DNA of 41,083 nt from Octopus bimaculoides. Its lineage: Eukaryota. Below, piece after piece: positions 23,715 to 36,079 of the stretch. Location: assembly GCF_001194135.2 (NCBI RefSeq), contig NC_068981.1, positions 151,284,893-151,325,975 on the forward strand, read 5' to 3'. The notes under the pieces were generated by a model. The model saw nothing but the letters and a program-made list of their open reading frames with translations. It was not told where the DNA came from and made no database searches. The stretch's first letter is position 1, and each line of letters starts with the position of its first letter. The translations under genes were made by a program, and so were the position numbers.

Positions 23715-24212
23715 TTGAGTAGTATTCTTTTCAAGAGAATGTATTGCATATATGAATGTATTGTATATATTGCTACTATGTGTTAGCCATTGTTACACCC
23801 TGTTCAAGTAAACCTATATTCAAAGGCGTTCGAACTGATTCCATAGTATAAAGTGTCCTTAGTGAAGACGATATCCGTTGTTTGAGAGAAAGTTAACTTT
23901 TATTTCCAGCAGGACACATGACTACGTAAACGTCCCCACATTGGATCATATTACATATATTGTTGAAGAATAACTATTCGAAAAGTCGTTTAAGCTGTAA
24001 TCATCTTAGTTTAAACTAATGCATCTTGGTCTTATACTTAATCCCGTCTTTTTGCCTTTATCTAAAGCAGTAAGACGTTTATTTGAAAGCCATTTGGCTG
24101 TTATTTCTAAGATATCTTGCAACCACATAGACGCTACCTTTTGGTTCGTATTGTGCAAGTGCGTTTTGTAGAGGATTAAGCTTTCGTTGTATATTTAGCT
24201 ATATATTTAATA

Positions 24213-24243
24213 TACACGTGTTTCGATAGTTTTATCATATCAG
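24213..24243 (-). ncRNA. Degenerate hammerhead-like relic
   Basis: Minus strand CTGATAT-GATA/AAAC/TATC-GAAAC-ACGT-GTA has the same ACACGTGT helix III as HHR-A, but the core is CTGATAT instead of CTGANGA and there is no helix I. Confidence 0.35.
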
Positions 24244-25139
24244 ATAACAGGTATGGATAGATAAGATATGCCTTCTAGTGATATAAAACTTTTACAGTAT
24301 CATCAAATATCACAAAAAATACTTGTTCCAGAAGGTGTTTCACTAACCAACGGATTAAATCGGCGTCTCTCACACTATGCCTATTCGAAAAGATTCTAGG
24401 GCTGTACAAAATAATGTATCTTTAAATAAAATTTAATAAAAGTATGCAAGAATTGCTATTCATAATTGTCCAAATAGCATGTTATTTCATATTTTGTATT
24501 GGAATGAGTTACTGCTCTAATATAATTTTTGCTTCATTGTATGTTTTAATAACTGAAGAGTGGAAACAAGGGTTGTACGTAGACTATAGGTATGACGCAT
24601 ACGAGTTTTTGAAAATATCGTATAAAGCTTCCATGGCAAAATAAGTTTGAGGACCGTTGTATGAGATACCTTCCATGGCTCCTTGCAAAGCAATTATTAA
24701 TACCATATGTAATCAATGCTCTGAAGGCCAGTATATACGTAAGCATTTTGTAATTGTTGATTTGAGGTATAGTAGCATATTGCTTTTCTTTTATCCTTTA
24801 AGTCTTCCTTATTTTTAGTGCTCCCATGATCGCAGCTGCACAGTAATATAACTATGTTTTTTACATTTATTTCCATATATTACTTTCAGAATGTTTTACG
24901 TTGATCCAAAAGTTATATGTTGTTGTTGCTGCTGGGGATTAGATTCGCTTTGATCGAGACATTTCCGCCGTAATTATCTCGTCTAGTTTACTGTTCACTA
25001 CTAAACATATTATTTAATGAGTCCCTTGCCTAACACGAGGGTGTGATTTCAGGGCGTTTTGACTGATCCTTGTAGAAGATCGAACGGCAAGAGAGAAATT
25101 TCACATCAGTGTGTTTCCGCAAATTATATGACTAATAAC

Positions 25140-25268
25140 TTCTCTCATAATCTCTTGATTTAGCCCTATGCTATGGTAGTAAACACACTTTAGCGCATCA
25201 TATAGTGAGATTAAACCTGGAACAACGTGGTTACAAAGTAGATTTCTTTACACAACCATGACTGCACT
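25140..25268 (-). mobile_element. Degenerate 5' half of an OK-type tRNA-SINE
   Basis: Minus strand GCAGTCATGGTTGTGTAAGAAAT...AACCACGTTGTTCCAGGTTTAATCTCACT resembles the tRNA-like head of the family seen at 13648. Confidence 0.5.
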
Positions 25269-25744
25269 TCATAATAATTCTACTGTAATCAATGTAGAAA
25301 GCATAGTGTTCCTACATAACTTCTTAATTTGGTCATTTATTATAATATTCTTGTTGTTTGTCTCTTAACCCTGCATGCATAGTCATCTCCCATAGTTTCC
25401 TTCTACTTTCCATTTTCATCACAAACTTTCACACTCACGCCTTTACTAGATTTCTTTAATGAAATACCTTTTCTGCTATTCTATCTAATAAATTCGTTGA
25501 AATCGAGAATAGTTATGAGCAGTCGATTTAATATTTCAGTTGATTATCCAAATGTTGCCCCACTGTTCTCTGAATACTTTTCATCTTTCATGTTTAATGT
25601 CTCTTATAATATTCTGTTTTGTTTGAATTATTTTTTATTTATTTAGCAACACATTTTTATAAATTGTAGCAAGAATAAGAAGGCAATAATTCTGAGCTGC
25701 ATCTATTAATTATTTCGTCTCACATTACAAAATATGAAGAAAGC

Positions 25745-25782
25745 AAGAGCGAGAGAGAGAGAGACGGGGAGAAAAGAACGGC

Positions 25783-25840
<58 letters not shown>

Positions 25841-25950
25841 GGACAGAGAGAAAAGGAGTGAAGGAAATAGAGAAGAGATGGGTGGAGGGAGGTGCGGAGA
25901 TAGGGAAAGAGCAATAGAGAGACAAGCTGAATAAGAAAGAAAAATATAAG

Positions 25951-25987
<37 letters not shown>

Positions 25988-26000
25988 GGGGGGGGAGGAA
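25745..26000. repeat. (GA)n / purine-rich low-complexity tract
   Basis: Direct reading. Confidence 0.9.
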
Positions 26001-26217
26001 GGGAGAAAGTAGAGAGGGCATAAAGAACAGAGAGTTAACAACGTGTGCGTGCTTCTAGTTACACAAGACTCATACACACTCATATATAAGTTTTAAGTAA
26101 ACTTGTAATTAATTGTTTCTAATGTAGGCAACAGAGCAGAAATATGAACATACATTAGGATTGATTATATTGATATAATGATCTAACGCATGAAGTATTT
26201 TACCTGTCTTCCTAAAA

Positions 26218-26393
26218 CTGAATGTCTTACGTCAGCCGGCTGCACTAACCATCCAATATTTAGATTATGTTTTCGTATAGATCCAATGACATTTTCATGG
26301 AATGAAGCTCCAGACATTTGCTGTAAGGACCGAGGACAACTTATCCACATTAAAAATTTAGAAGTAATGAAATATCTAAAAACATAACATCAA
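26218..26393 (+). pseudogene. Disabled paralogue of exon 2 (CTLD N-half)
   Basis: ECLTSAGCTNHPIFRLCFRIDPMTFSWNEAPDICCKDRGQLIHIKNLEVMKYLKT* aligns without gaps to exon 2 (roughly half identical by eye). Acceptor AG>AA (26216-26217), TAA at 26385-26387, donor GT>CT (26394). Confidence 0.88.
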
Positions 26394-27669
26394 CTGAGTG
26401 ACATTCTATTTTACACAAGCACTCTCACATACACATACTCACACCGACACATACTCACACACAGATACACAAACATACACACACATACACCCACACACAC
26501 CCACACACGCACGCACACACAAACACACTCTCCCCTCTGTCTCTCTATCCCCATCTGTCTGTCTCCCCCTCTCACTCCCACCTACACATATGTACATCGT
26601 ATACATCTAATATCATTAACTGTTTAATAACATTCTTGTTTTAAGTCATTCTATCATTTTGTTAATAAATTAGCGGCCTTGTTCTAATTTCCCTCTGATA
26701 TATAATGTCTACCCTTTGATAATTTCTTTTATGCTGAGAAAGTCATGGAGAAAATCTCGAATATAACCTTTGAAGAAAATCTCGAATATAAGCATTTAAT
26801 TTCGTACATATATTTTAAAAGAATTATATTATATTTATTTTCAATGCGTTACAAAAGAAAATGTCTTGCTCGTTAAAAATTATTTAAATAATTCNNNNNN
26901 NNNNNNNNNNNNNNNNNNNNNNNNNNNNNNNNNNNNNNNNNNNNNNNNNNNNNNNNNNNNNNNNNNNNNNNNNNNNNNNNNNNNNNNNNNNNNNNNNNNN
27001 NNNNNNNNNNNNNNNNNNNNNNNNNNNNNNNNNNNNNNNNNNNNNNNNNNNNNNNNNNNNNNNNNNNNNNNNNNNNNNNNNNNNNNNNNNNNNNNNNNNN
27101 NNNNNNNCCTCTTCAGTATTAAAAACGACAGCTGTATTAGTTCGAATTAGGATTCTTTATAACTTGGAAGAGGCAAATTTCTGACAATATGAATATATTT
27201 TAAATGAAATGTATCGCTTCAACAATTTTAATTTTCTTTTCAACTGATACATTGTCAATGCTTAGAGTGCCAATGCTTACAGAGTCGATTAAATTGTTTA
27301 ACATATTCGTGACAGTCATTCTATAAAACTCCAGTAATGTGAATGGCTGCATCCAGTCTGTTCGGTTTTGAATTCATATGTGAACAGACGAAATAAATAA
27401 TTTACTTGCTCTATTGGTCAGCGAAATGCCATTCATTAGCAAATATTTAGCACTTCGTTGAATTTTATATGTATAAAACATAAAAACATGGTAGATGCTA
27501 AAATATTTCCTTACTGTTGCTGAAGTTTTCTTGCCACACAGCTGGAGAAAGAGATTTCAGTATTTAATTTACTAACGTAAATAACAGGAAATTAAATTAA
27601 AATAATATATACTGTAGGACATGCTTCATTGAAGAAAATCTCGAATATAAGCATTTAATTGAAGAGATT

Positions 27670-27837
27670 ATAGTTTCTAACATAGGCATAAAGCTTCAAA
27701 TTTGACTGCAGAGTAATATAAGGAAAAGTTGACTTTGGTGCAATATAAATTCTAATATTGAAATCCTGAACAAATATCCTTTCTACTAAAAGCACAAGGC
27801 TCGAAATTTTGTGGGAGGAGGCTAGTCGATTAAATCG
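27670..27837 (-). mobile_element. Degenerate 3' fragments of the SINE family seen at 3021-3236
   Basis: TTCTACTAAAAGCACAAGGCTCGAAATTTT...AGTCGAT parallels TTCTACTAGAGGCACAAGACCTGAAATTT...AGTCGAG at 3031. Confidence 0.55.
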
Positions 27838-28132
27838 ATTAAATCATATCTATATCCAATTTAGAAGGGCAAATCAGTCTAACTGCGGAGTCTCTATCGA
27901 ACACCAGAAGTCCATATGTATCTACAAGTGAATCAATATAGAAAACTCATCGCCAGTTTCAACAGGTGTGGCTGCCAAACTGTGACAGCCCTATTGTTCC
28001 TTTGGACCCAGTAGTGTTGTGGAGAAAAGGTACATGCTGCACGAGCAACATCTTGTCCCCCATAACACATCGCCCGGGCTTGTATCCAATACCACTACGC
28101 ATATATATGTGTGTGTGTGTGTGTTTGTGTGC

Positions 28133-28163
<31 letters not shown>

Positions 28164-28339
28164 AGAGAGAGAGAGAAGAGAAAGAGAGTTAACATTTGCG
28201 ATCAACCACATCAAATGAAGTAGACCACTATACCATTGTAGAGGAATACATTTAATATAATATGCGAACAGGTTTATACGCATTTCCGTTCTTTTTTTTA
28301 CAACAGTTGTGTGAAAATTGGTGTTACCCAAAAATGTTA

Positions 28340-28690
28340 CCATACAAGCTAACCATTCAAAGAGAACACCTCTGCATTCTTTGATTGCAAACAGAAAATA
28401 TCCGTTTTAGTAGCTTTGATGAATCTGTATGTATGTACTGGAAAGGCCGAAAAATAGTTATATTTTCTCCCTCAGTGACAGCATTCAGGTGGTGTTTATT
28501 CCATTTGTCAGCTGTTTTGATTTCATAATGCCGACACATTAACCTCTGTAGATATTGGCCAACTCTGTCATATTTTGATTTACACGCCACTGGTACTAAA
28601 ACTTTACACCCAGAGATTAGGAAGTCCACTCTTTCAACCACATCGTTGCAGTATCAGCACTTTGATTTCTATTTCATTTTTCATCACGTT
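28340..28690 (-). mobile_element. R4/Dong-like LINE fragment (zinc knuckle to RLE start)
   Basis: VERVDFLISGCKVLVPVACKSKYDRVGQYL...CRHYEIKTADKW..H..AVTEGENITI. Confidence 0.72.
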
Positions 28691-28699
28691 GTCTTGGTA

Positions 28700-29555
28700 G
28701 TTCCGGGTCAGTAAGTTTTGGTCTTGGGCTGTAAAGATGAAGCATTCGCTCTCTAAGTTTAGTCTAAGCTCCATAACCACTGATGGGTGTACTTCAGATT
28801 TACATCAGCTTGTTTGCTATGGGCCACATATTTGCAATGCTTTTCCCCTGTTCATCGATTTTCCGGTAGCTCAAACGGAGGAACAGCGTGCTTCCGTGAG
28901 ATTCTGTTTTCTGCCGGGGAAAACGAAGGCTGAAACAGTTGTCATGACGCTGTCATGAGCAAAATACACGTATACGAGTGGTTGGTTTCCACGCTTTTGG
29001 AATGATTACTTGTAGCTTGAAGACTAATGTCATTCAGGACTACCGTCGACAAGCCGAATGCATGAAAACATCATGAAAGTTCATTAACTGATCTTGGGGA
29101 GACCATCACCGAACAATTGCTGAACTTGTTTATATGACTGGTGTGTCCTCGAGCGCCTGCCCACGAATTTTGAGCAAGGAATTGTGAATGAAAAGAGCTG
29201 CAGCAAAATTTGTGTCTCGCTTGCTTACGGAAGATCAAGCCACTCACGACTGAATCCGTGTCGTGAACTGAAAGAAGTTGATCCAGACCTTTTTCGAAGG
29301 CCATCACTGGCGACGAAAGCTGGTGCTACAGAATTTGCAGATGTGGAAGAGGTGAAGAGGAAAAAACGATGGAGGCGTTAAACGATATCGGTTCGCAAGA
29401 GTTCCAGCACTGCTTCGAATAGTGGAAAACACTTCTGGGCTGATGCATTACTTCAAATGGAGAATACTTTGAAGGCGATAAAAATGTAAACGCGTAAAAC
29501 TAAGTGAATAAAATAATATTGCAAAATTCCGGTTTCTTTGTGATACCCCCTCGTA
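28700..29555 (+). mobile_element. mariner-like element relic, catalytic domain largely deleted
   Basis: EQRASVRFCFLPGKT (HTH start), AAKFVSRLL, TGDESWCY, C-terminal GEYFEGDK and 3' TIR GATACCCCCTCGTA. Confidence 0.82.
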
Positions 29556-29765
29556 TAATCAATTTTGGTCTATATAAATATTTTAATTCCTAAACTTTTT
29601 AATGTACATATATTCAATTTACTCTCCACCACCACTACAAAAATTGTGCAGTTACAACTCCTAAAATTTATTTACCTTCCGGTTCATTTACAAAATATCT
29701 GTTCTCCTAATATTAAGGAATGAAAACATGTGACAGCATGAAATTATTGAAATTATAACATTATT

Positions 29766-31157
29766 ACATGGAAAAACACGAGCAAGAAAAATAATATTCT
29801 TAAGATCATAAACCTGAAAAATTACAGGACAAGTTATTGCACTTGGAAAAGTTCAGGACAACTTATTACATCAAGTAAAGTACAGAACAAGAAATTTTTT
29901 ACTTGAAATATTGCAGCTGAGGATGAGATTTCAAATAGAATATACAATCTTTGCTTTTATTAAAACTAAAAAAAATATTACAAGTTATTACTTCTATTTG
30001 TTATTACGTGTTACTTCTGTCGTGGAGAATATATGTTCAGTATCAAGTATTGAAGGCTGCGTGTATCTTAGAAGAATTCTTAGAGAGAAAAAGAAGAAGA
30101 AATTTATGAACTATATATTTACTACATAAAAATATATTTTATTAATTGGTCGTCGATGAAATATGATGAAAATGTAGAATTTAGTAGAATGAAGTAATCT
30201 ATGCAAGATAGTTCAGGAATAGGAAATGTAGAAATAACAACTAAGTGGTGGTTTTCAGTCATATGGCATAGAGAAATAGACAGGCATAGCAGCGGCGTGA
30301 ATGGCTCAGAGTCTAGTCAACTAAGAAGCGAAGAGCAGGGCAAGCAAGCTGTTTTTATTAATGGAACGCTAGACATTCTAGAAATTTCCAAGAGAAACAG
30401 AAAGCTTCTTGAATAATGAAGAATTACTTCTCATGTCGTAGGTGTTTTGAGAAACTTATTAAAGGGAGATTACTCTATAAAATTTCTTGCAAGATAGAAC
30501 ATTCAACTATTTTAGCTACAGACCACTACACTTGTATTAAAAATGGAAAAATAACTGAATTAAAATATTTTTTTGCACTTCAAAAAGATTTATTGTTTTA
30601 ATTATTAATTAACAATTAGAAATTTGAAATTAAGTTATGAAAAATAATAGTCGTACATAATTAGTATAATAAATAGAATAATACAAAAATTAATTATATA
30701 TTAAAGTAAAATCTACCTATAACAACAAATTCACAGTGAAATTTGCTTGCGTTATTACCTAAGTTATTGCCAAGTCTTCACAATTTTAGTCTTGACTCAA
30801 TGACTATTTTTTACATAATGAATTTGCCTACCATATACATTATTCTACTTTGCATAAAACTTTAGCTATATTGGTACTTCTGGCTCTCATTTTTTAGATA
30901 TTCTAGTGTATCAATATTTTAACAAAATAATGGTACCTTTTTTATATATAATGTTATTTTGTAAATTAAAATCAAATAATTTTTAATATTCAAATTTTAC
31001 TCCTAGCTGCAATATTTGAAGTAAAACTTTCCTTGTTCTGTACTTTACTTGATGTAATACGTTATCCTGAACTTTTCCAAGTGTAATAATTTATCCTGTA
31101 ATTTTCCAGATTTATTATCTTAAGAATATTATTTCTCTTGCTCTCATTTTTCCATGT
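29766..31157. mobile_element. Element with about 170-bp terminal inverted repeats (29766-29935 / 30990-31157)
   Basis: ACATGGAAAAA..GAGCAAG..AATAATATTCTTAAGAT...CTTGGAAAAGTTCAGGA...TATTACATCAAGTAAAGTACAGAACAAG...AAATATTGCAGCT has its reverse complement at 30990-31157. No transposase is recognisable inside. Confidence 0.75.
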
Positions 31158-33499
31158 GATTATGATTTTTCCAGGCTATGCTATTTGCTAATTAATAATG
31201 TGTCAAATGTATGAATTAGCGTTAACGTTGATAATTTTTTTCCTTATCTCAATGACGCCGGTGACATATTAAAAGTCCCCTTATAGAACTATATTCATAC
31301 AAAGTATAGAACTATATTATCACCTTCAAATTTGAGAAACAAACATTCATAACTTGTTTCCTGTAAAACTTCATTGCATGAGATTGATACCATGCAATTA
31401 CTCGAATTGAGTTCTGTCATGTAAGCTTAATTAAAATATAGTTTGTTTTTAAAATAAAAATGTTAATTATACTTAAACCCAATTTTTTGCTCTAATTATA
31501 TTTTTTCAGGATATTTTACCTCACAACTTTTTGATACAAAATTTTGTTGCCTGGCACCAAAACTATGAAATTGTTCATGCTTTCTTCTATCATTGAAGCT
31601 AAGATAAATATATTTTGCTTTTAAAATATAAAAAAAGTTATTTAGATCTAAACTTGATTGGTAGCGTTACTTATTCTCCTAAAACGTTGCTACAAATTTT
31701 GATCTAAACTTTTTTATTACTGGATCAAATCTCAATTTTTTTAATGCCAGAATGTAGCTAGAGACCAGTCCTCCTCAACAATGCTAACAATTTTTAATTT
31801 GGTTCAGCACTGAATTAGCGACAAGCACTGAAAGATGCTGCGTGTGAGTAAATTTCGGCCTTAAGAATATTATTCTACCACCGTAGTTGAATGATTACTA
31901 TTTACTTAGTCATGATTAGCATATGCAAGCATACGTATATACACACATATATACACCTCTCTCACTCCCTCTCTCTTGTTCTCTCTCTCTCCCTCACACA
32001 CACACTAATAAATATCTGAAATACTGAGGGCTATATCTATTATATTATTTATTAATATAGTTATATTATTTCCATACTTTTAAAACAAATTTCAAATTTA
32101 CTTTATTATGCAGCTCTAGCATACCCCTTATTGACCATAGGAGATAATACATTTCAAAAACAGTTTGTATATATTCTCCGAGTGACTGATATGGGACTGT
32201 TCAGTTTCCTCAACTTGGGTAGATATATGACTGGAGCTAGTCTAGTAAGAGGAAAAGCGATAAAGCTGCTTGCAACTAAAGATATCCAACATCTAAATAT
32301 CGACGTTAAGTTTACCATGTCCTAAAATAAAATGATTCACAGAACAATTTTGCATACAATTCTCCTCAACCAGATTTACATATGGAATTTTGCGCATAGA
32401 TTTGTTGGAAGTTATTGTCCCAAAATTCTGCGCAGTAAGATCGAAACAAAAACCAAGTAACTGAGAAATTACATTTGTTCTTAAAAAACACAATTATTTC
32501 TCATGCTTTTTTCTACCCGACATTTTTTCTTTTTTTAAGAGGCGTTTTCCATTTTTAAATCAAGAAGATCTATAAAACTGATACTTGCCTGAAATTATAA
32601 TTATATTTCGATTTTAATTCTTTTTTGTGATGATAAAACTGTTAGAAACTAAGAAACAAAATTCATTCTTTTGGATGGTCATCAATTTCTCTACATTTAT
32701 TGATCATTTTGATAGCTAATTCTTTTGCAAGTTACGACTCACCGCCGGAAAATTGAAAGATGTTCTAAATTGTTTACTTGCACTTACTGATACAAACTGC
32801 AAATTGTTTTCTGTCATTGCATAATAGCTTCTACTTTACTTTTTTAATGTTTCATACAATGAACATGATTACACAGTAAATATATACAGCCCACATAGAA
32901 TTTATGAGTGTTAATTGTGAGCAGTGTAATGTAAAGAATCAACATCGTGTCAGAAGTCGATATTAGACAACAATGTAATAAACTTATTCATTGACTATCG
33001 AAGTGTCCATAAGACCTTCAAATTTATAAAGAAAATTATATTGTTTCGAGATAAATTTTTGTAATGAAACTAGAATCTCCGAGTGAAACAAGTACAAAGC
33101 AATTTAATCTTTAAAACACATGCTTCTACCTGCTTTCTTCCCTGACTGATCAATGAAGACCTTGACTTCAGCTACGAGGTCGATTCGGGTTTTCTTTATA
33201 TATCGGTATATGTCTAAGAAACATTGTTGTATGAAAATATCGATCGCATGCAAGCACATCCAGTGCATGGTTTCATTTGATGTACTGACTGAGTCTTTGC
33301 AAGGCTCTTGCTTAGTTTACGTTGCCTAGATGCGGCCTTTAAACAGGAATTTATATCTTTTCTGATGCATGGAGTCTGTTCAGAGAAAGCTGTTTCCAGG
33401 ATCTCTGTCAGTGTCTGTAGCTTTCACTGTTACTCTCAACCAATAATCGTAGGGTTTTCTTCTCCCCTGACTGTCTTCTACTCTATTGCAATTTCGCCG

Positions 33500-34140
33500 T
33501 AGGTTAGTTGCCTGGTACACAGGGTGTGTTCGTGCTATATTTGGCAGTTTGTATCAAAAGAAAAGAAAGCAAAATGTCCCCTCCAAACATAGAAATATTT
33601 TTAAAATTCAAAACCTATCAACTACATATGGCTGGGAGATAAATTTGCACAAAGTAGCCACCCTCAGCTCCTACTGCGAACTTAATGCGGATCAGGAAAC
33701 TTGCACATGATTCCTTCAATGTGAGCTTGAGAAAATCTTCGAACACCTTTGTCATCTTTGCCACAAGCTTGGTATTCATGCTGCAAGCTGAGAAGTATGT
33801 GTCATTCTCAACAATACCTCACTCATTATAATTCATGGGTTACAACTGGGGGATTAGGGAGCCAGTTATTCAGACTGGTAATATCATATAAATTGTCCAC
33901 CAAACACTTGTTATTATTTCCGGACATATAGCAAGGGGACGAATCATGCTGCCATACACGTAGTCTTCAGACAGCAATCTTCCCCTACCACAGTCTTCAG
34001 TAGCTTCGTATAGCCGTCTAAACTGAGTGTAAAGACCTATTCATAAGTCATTGGATGGATTTCGAAGTGCTGAGTGGAGGCCAGGTGTAGGCGAAGTGTG
34101 AAGTAATTGCAGGGAACCACCTAAAAATGTAAATGTTGTC
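33500..34140 (+). mobile_element. Possible very old mariner/Tc1 relic
   Basis: TIR-like TACACAGGGTGT and weak similarity of ILNNT...LSTKHLLLFPDI to the HDNA...LSPCDFFLFP region. Weak support only. Confidence 0.3.
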
Positions 34141-34351
34141 ATAAAAGCATTATTGACCGTTTGAGAGTCGTACGGAAGTGAAATACGGAAGTGAAACAGC
34201 TTATTTTTGGGCAGGGTCTGATTTGTGATGAAGCTTTGTAACGCCGCGAAAATCAGCCTTTTTACAGCTGATGGTTGGGAGTGTCAAGTGCACTGCATTG
34301 AATATTAACATACACCTACTTAGAAATTACTGACGAAAAATCAAAAATTTT

Positions 34352-35750
34352 TTAAAAATTAGAAAAAGTTATAAAGTTAGGAAGCGAAGTAATCCTATAA
34401 AACCTCCTTGTACACAATGTTTTTTGTTTTTCCTTGTGGAACGAACGCGAAAGCATCACTCTTGCTGCCCACATGCGAGTAGCCAACGTAAAGTTGACCA
34501 TGAGAGAAACATGGTTCCCCAAATGTATTCTAGCGACAGACAGCGTTTTCTCCTGTGCTTTATTAATTGACATTGCGAAGCATGTCCTGACTGGAAACTG
34601 GGACCTCCGAAATGTGAAAGGTAGGTCTGCTCCTGATGGGAAAAGATGCATCCTTGATATGAGCACAACGTTGCTTCAACCGCACCCTGTGATTGTTGCG
34701 GCCTCAATTAGATTGGGAGATAAGGACTTAACGATCAAACGTGTCCCATTGCATTGTTTCAGCGGAACCAAATTTCGAATGAGCATTATAGGGGCACCAA
34801 CTTTCAGTTTCAGAATGTGTGGGGTAGTCCAGGGGGCTCAAAGGAATTTAGTACCTCTATTGGATAGTTGCTGACGTCCTCGGGGTCAGGAGTTCTATCG
34901 ATAGACTTATATATATAGCAATCCCCAAGAATGAGTTTTACCATTTGATCATTAATATGGTTAACAGTTTTATTCTTCGNNNNNNNNNNNNNNNNNNNNN
35001 NNNNNNNNNNNNNNNNNNNNNNNNNNNNNNNNNNNNNNNNNNNNNNNNNNNNNNNNNNNNNNNNNNNNNNNNNNNNNNNNNNNNNNNNNNNNNNNNNNNN
35101 NNNNNNNNNNNNNNNNNNNNNNNNNNNNNNNNNNNNNNNNNNNNNNNNNNNNNNNNNNNNNNNNNNNNNNNNNNNNNNNNNNNNNNNNNNNNNNNNNNNN
35201 NNNNNNNNNNNNNNNNNNNNNNNNNNNNNNNNNNNNNNNNNNNNNNNNNNNNNNNNNNNNNNNNNNNNNNNNNNNNNNNNNNNNNNNNNNNNNNNNNNNN
35301 NNNNNNNNNNNNNNNNNNNNNNNNNNNNNAAAGCGTCAGCGTCAGGGTTTGCAGGTGGTGGAATAACGCCGAACCGCACATCAAGTTGCATACTATAGTT
35401 GGAAATGAAGTAAATTTGGAGGAAGGAAGGCTTGCAATTTTGTAGTGGCTGGAGCGACCCAATAAGATGGTACAACTGTCCCTGGACCTTGAAAGTAGGC
35501 ATCAAACCACTGTCTGTGACAACGTTAGCCCCGAAAGAAGTCATCTGAAAAGCACAATTGTAGTTTCTGATGATTTGAAGGAATTTTGATGACCTTGAGG
35601 TAGAAGCAGTAAGTAGTTCCTTCAAAGGCTGTGGCGGTTCTGGAGGAGGAGGCAAGATGAACTTACCGTTTAAGCAGCAAATTCCAGGTATCTCTGCAGC
35701 CCACATTTTAGCATTGCGGAATTGGCAATTGAAGCACATTTCCCCTATAT
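34352..35750 (-). mobile_element. Helitron RepHel fragments: N-terminal Zn/pre-Rep region and Pif1-helicase C-terminus, either side of a gap
   Basis: 35331-35740: GICCLNGK...AFQMTSFGA...FKVQGQLYHLIGSL.P...FLQIYF. 34352-34979: EVLNSFEPPGLP, GAPIMLIRNL, CNGTRL, QFPVRTCFAMSINKAQ. The 309-aa ORF-track call across the Ns is an artefact. Confidence 0.9.
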
Positions 35751-35820
35751 TTATGTAAGCGCCGATGCATGCATGTATGTATGTATTAGTGTGTATTCTG
35801 CCTATATATATATATATATA

Positions 35821-36060
35821 TATATATGGTAGTAAGTAAATGTGTTTTAAGAAAGATTTTCATGAAACTCACAGTTTGTAGGGAAGAAATATTTGTCGAT
35901 CGTATTTGGAAAAGACTGACAGGTATTTGTATGTATGACTTTATTTGTATGTATGTATGTATTTGTAAGTATGTTTGTATGAGTGTATATTGTCTGTGTA
36001 TATATATATGGTAGTAAGCAAATGTGTGAGAATTTTTTTTTCCAAAACTCACAGTTTGTA
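35821..36060 (+). repeat. Two diverged copies of a 60-bp unit about 180 bp apart
   Basis: TATATATGGTAGTAAG.AAATGTGT...AAACTCACAGTTTGTA at 35821-35880 and 36001-36060. Confidence 0.7.
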
Positions 36061-36079
36061 TTGAAAAACCTCACAGTTC

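Noticed and set aside
24553-24580. CTGAAGA-GTG-GAAAC-AAGG-GTT
   Set aside because: Only 3 nt between core halves, non-palindromic helix III and no helix I complementarity.
32200-33100. Coding-like degenerate sequence, possibly an old transposase
   Set aside because: No motif I can name in any frame.
34810-35739. 309-aa continuous Helitron ORF in the track
   Set aside because: Artefact of reading through 351 Ns; the two sides are distant parts of RepHel.
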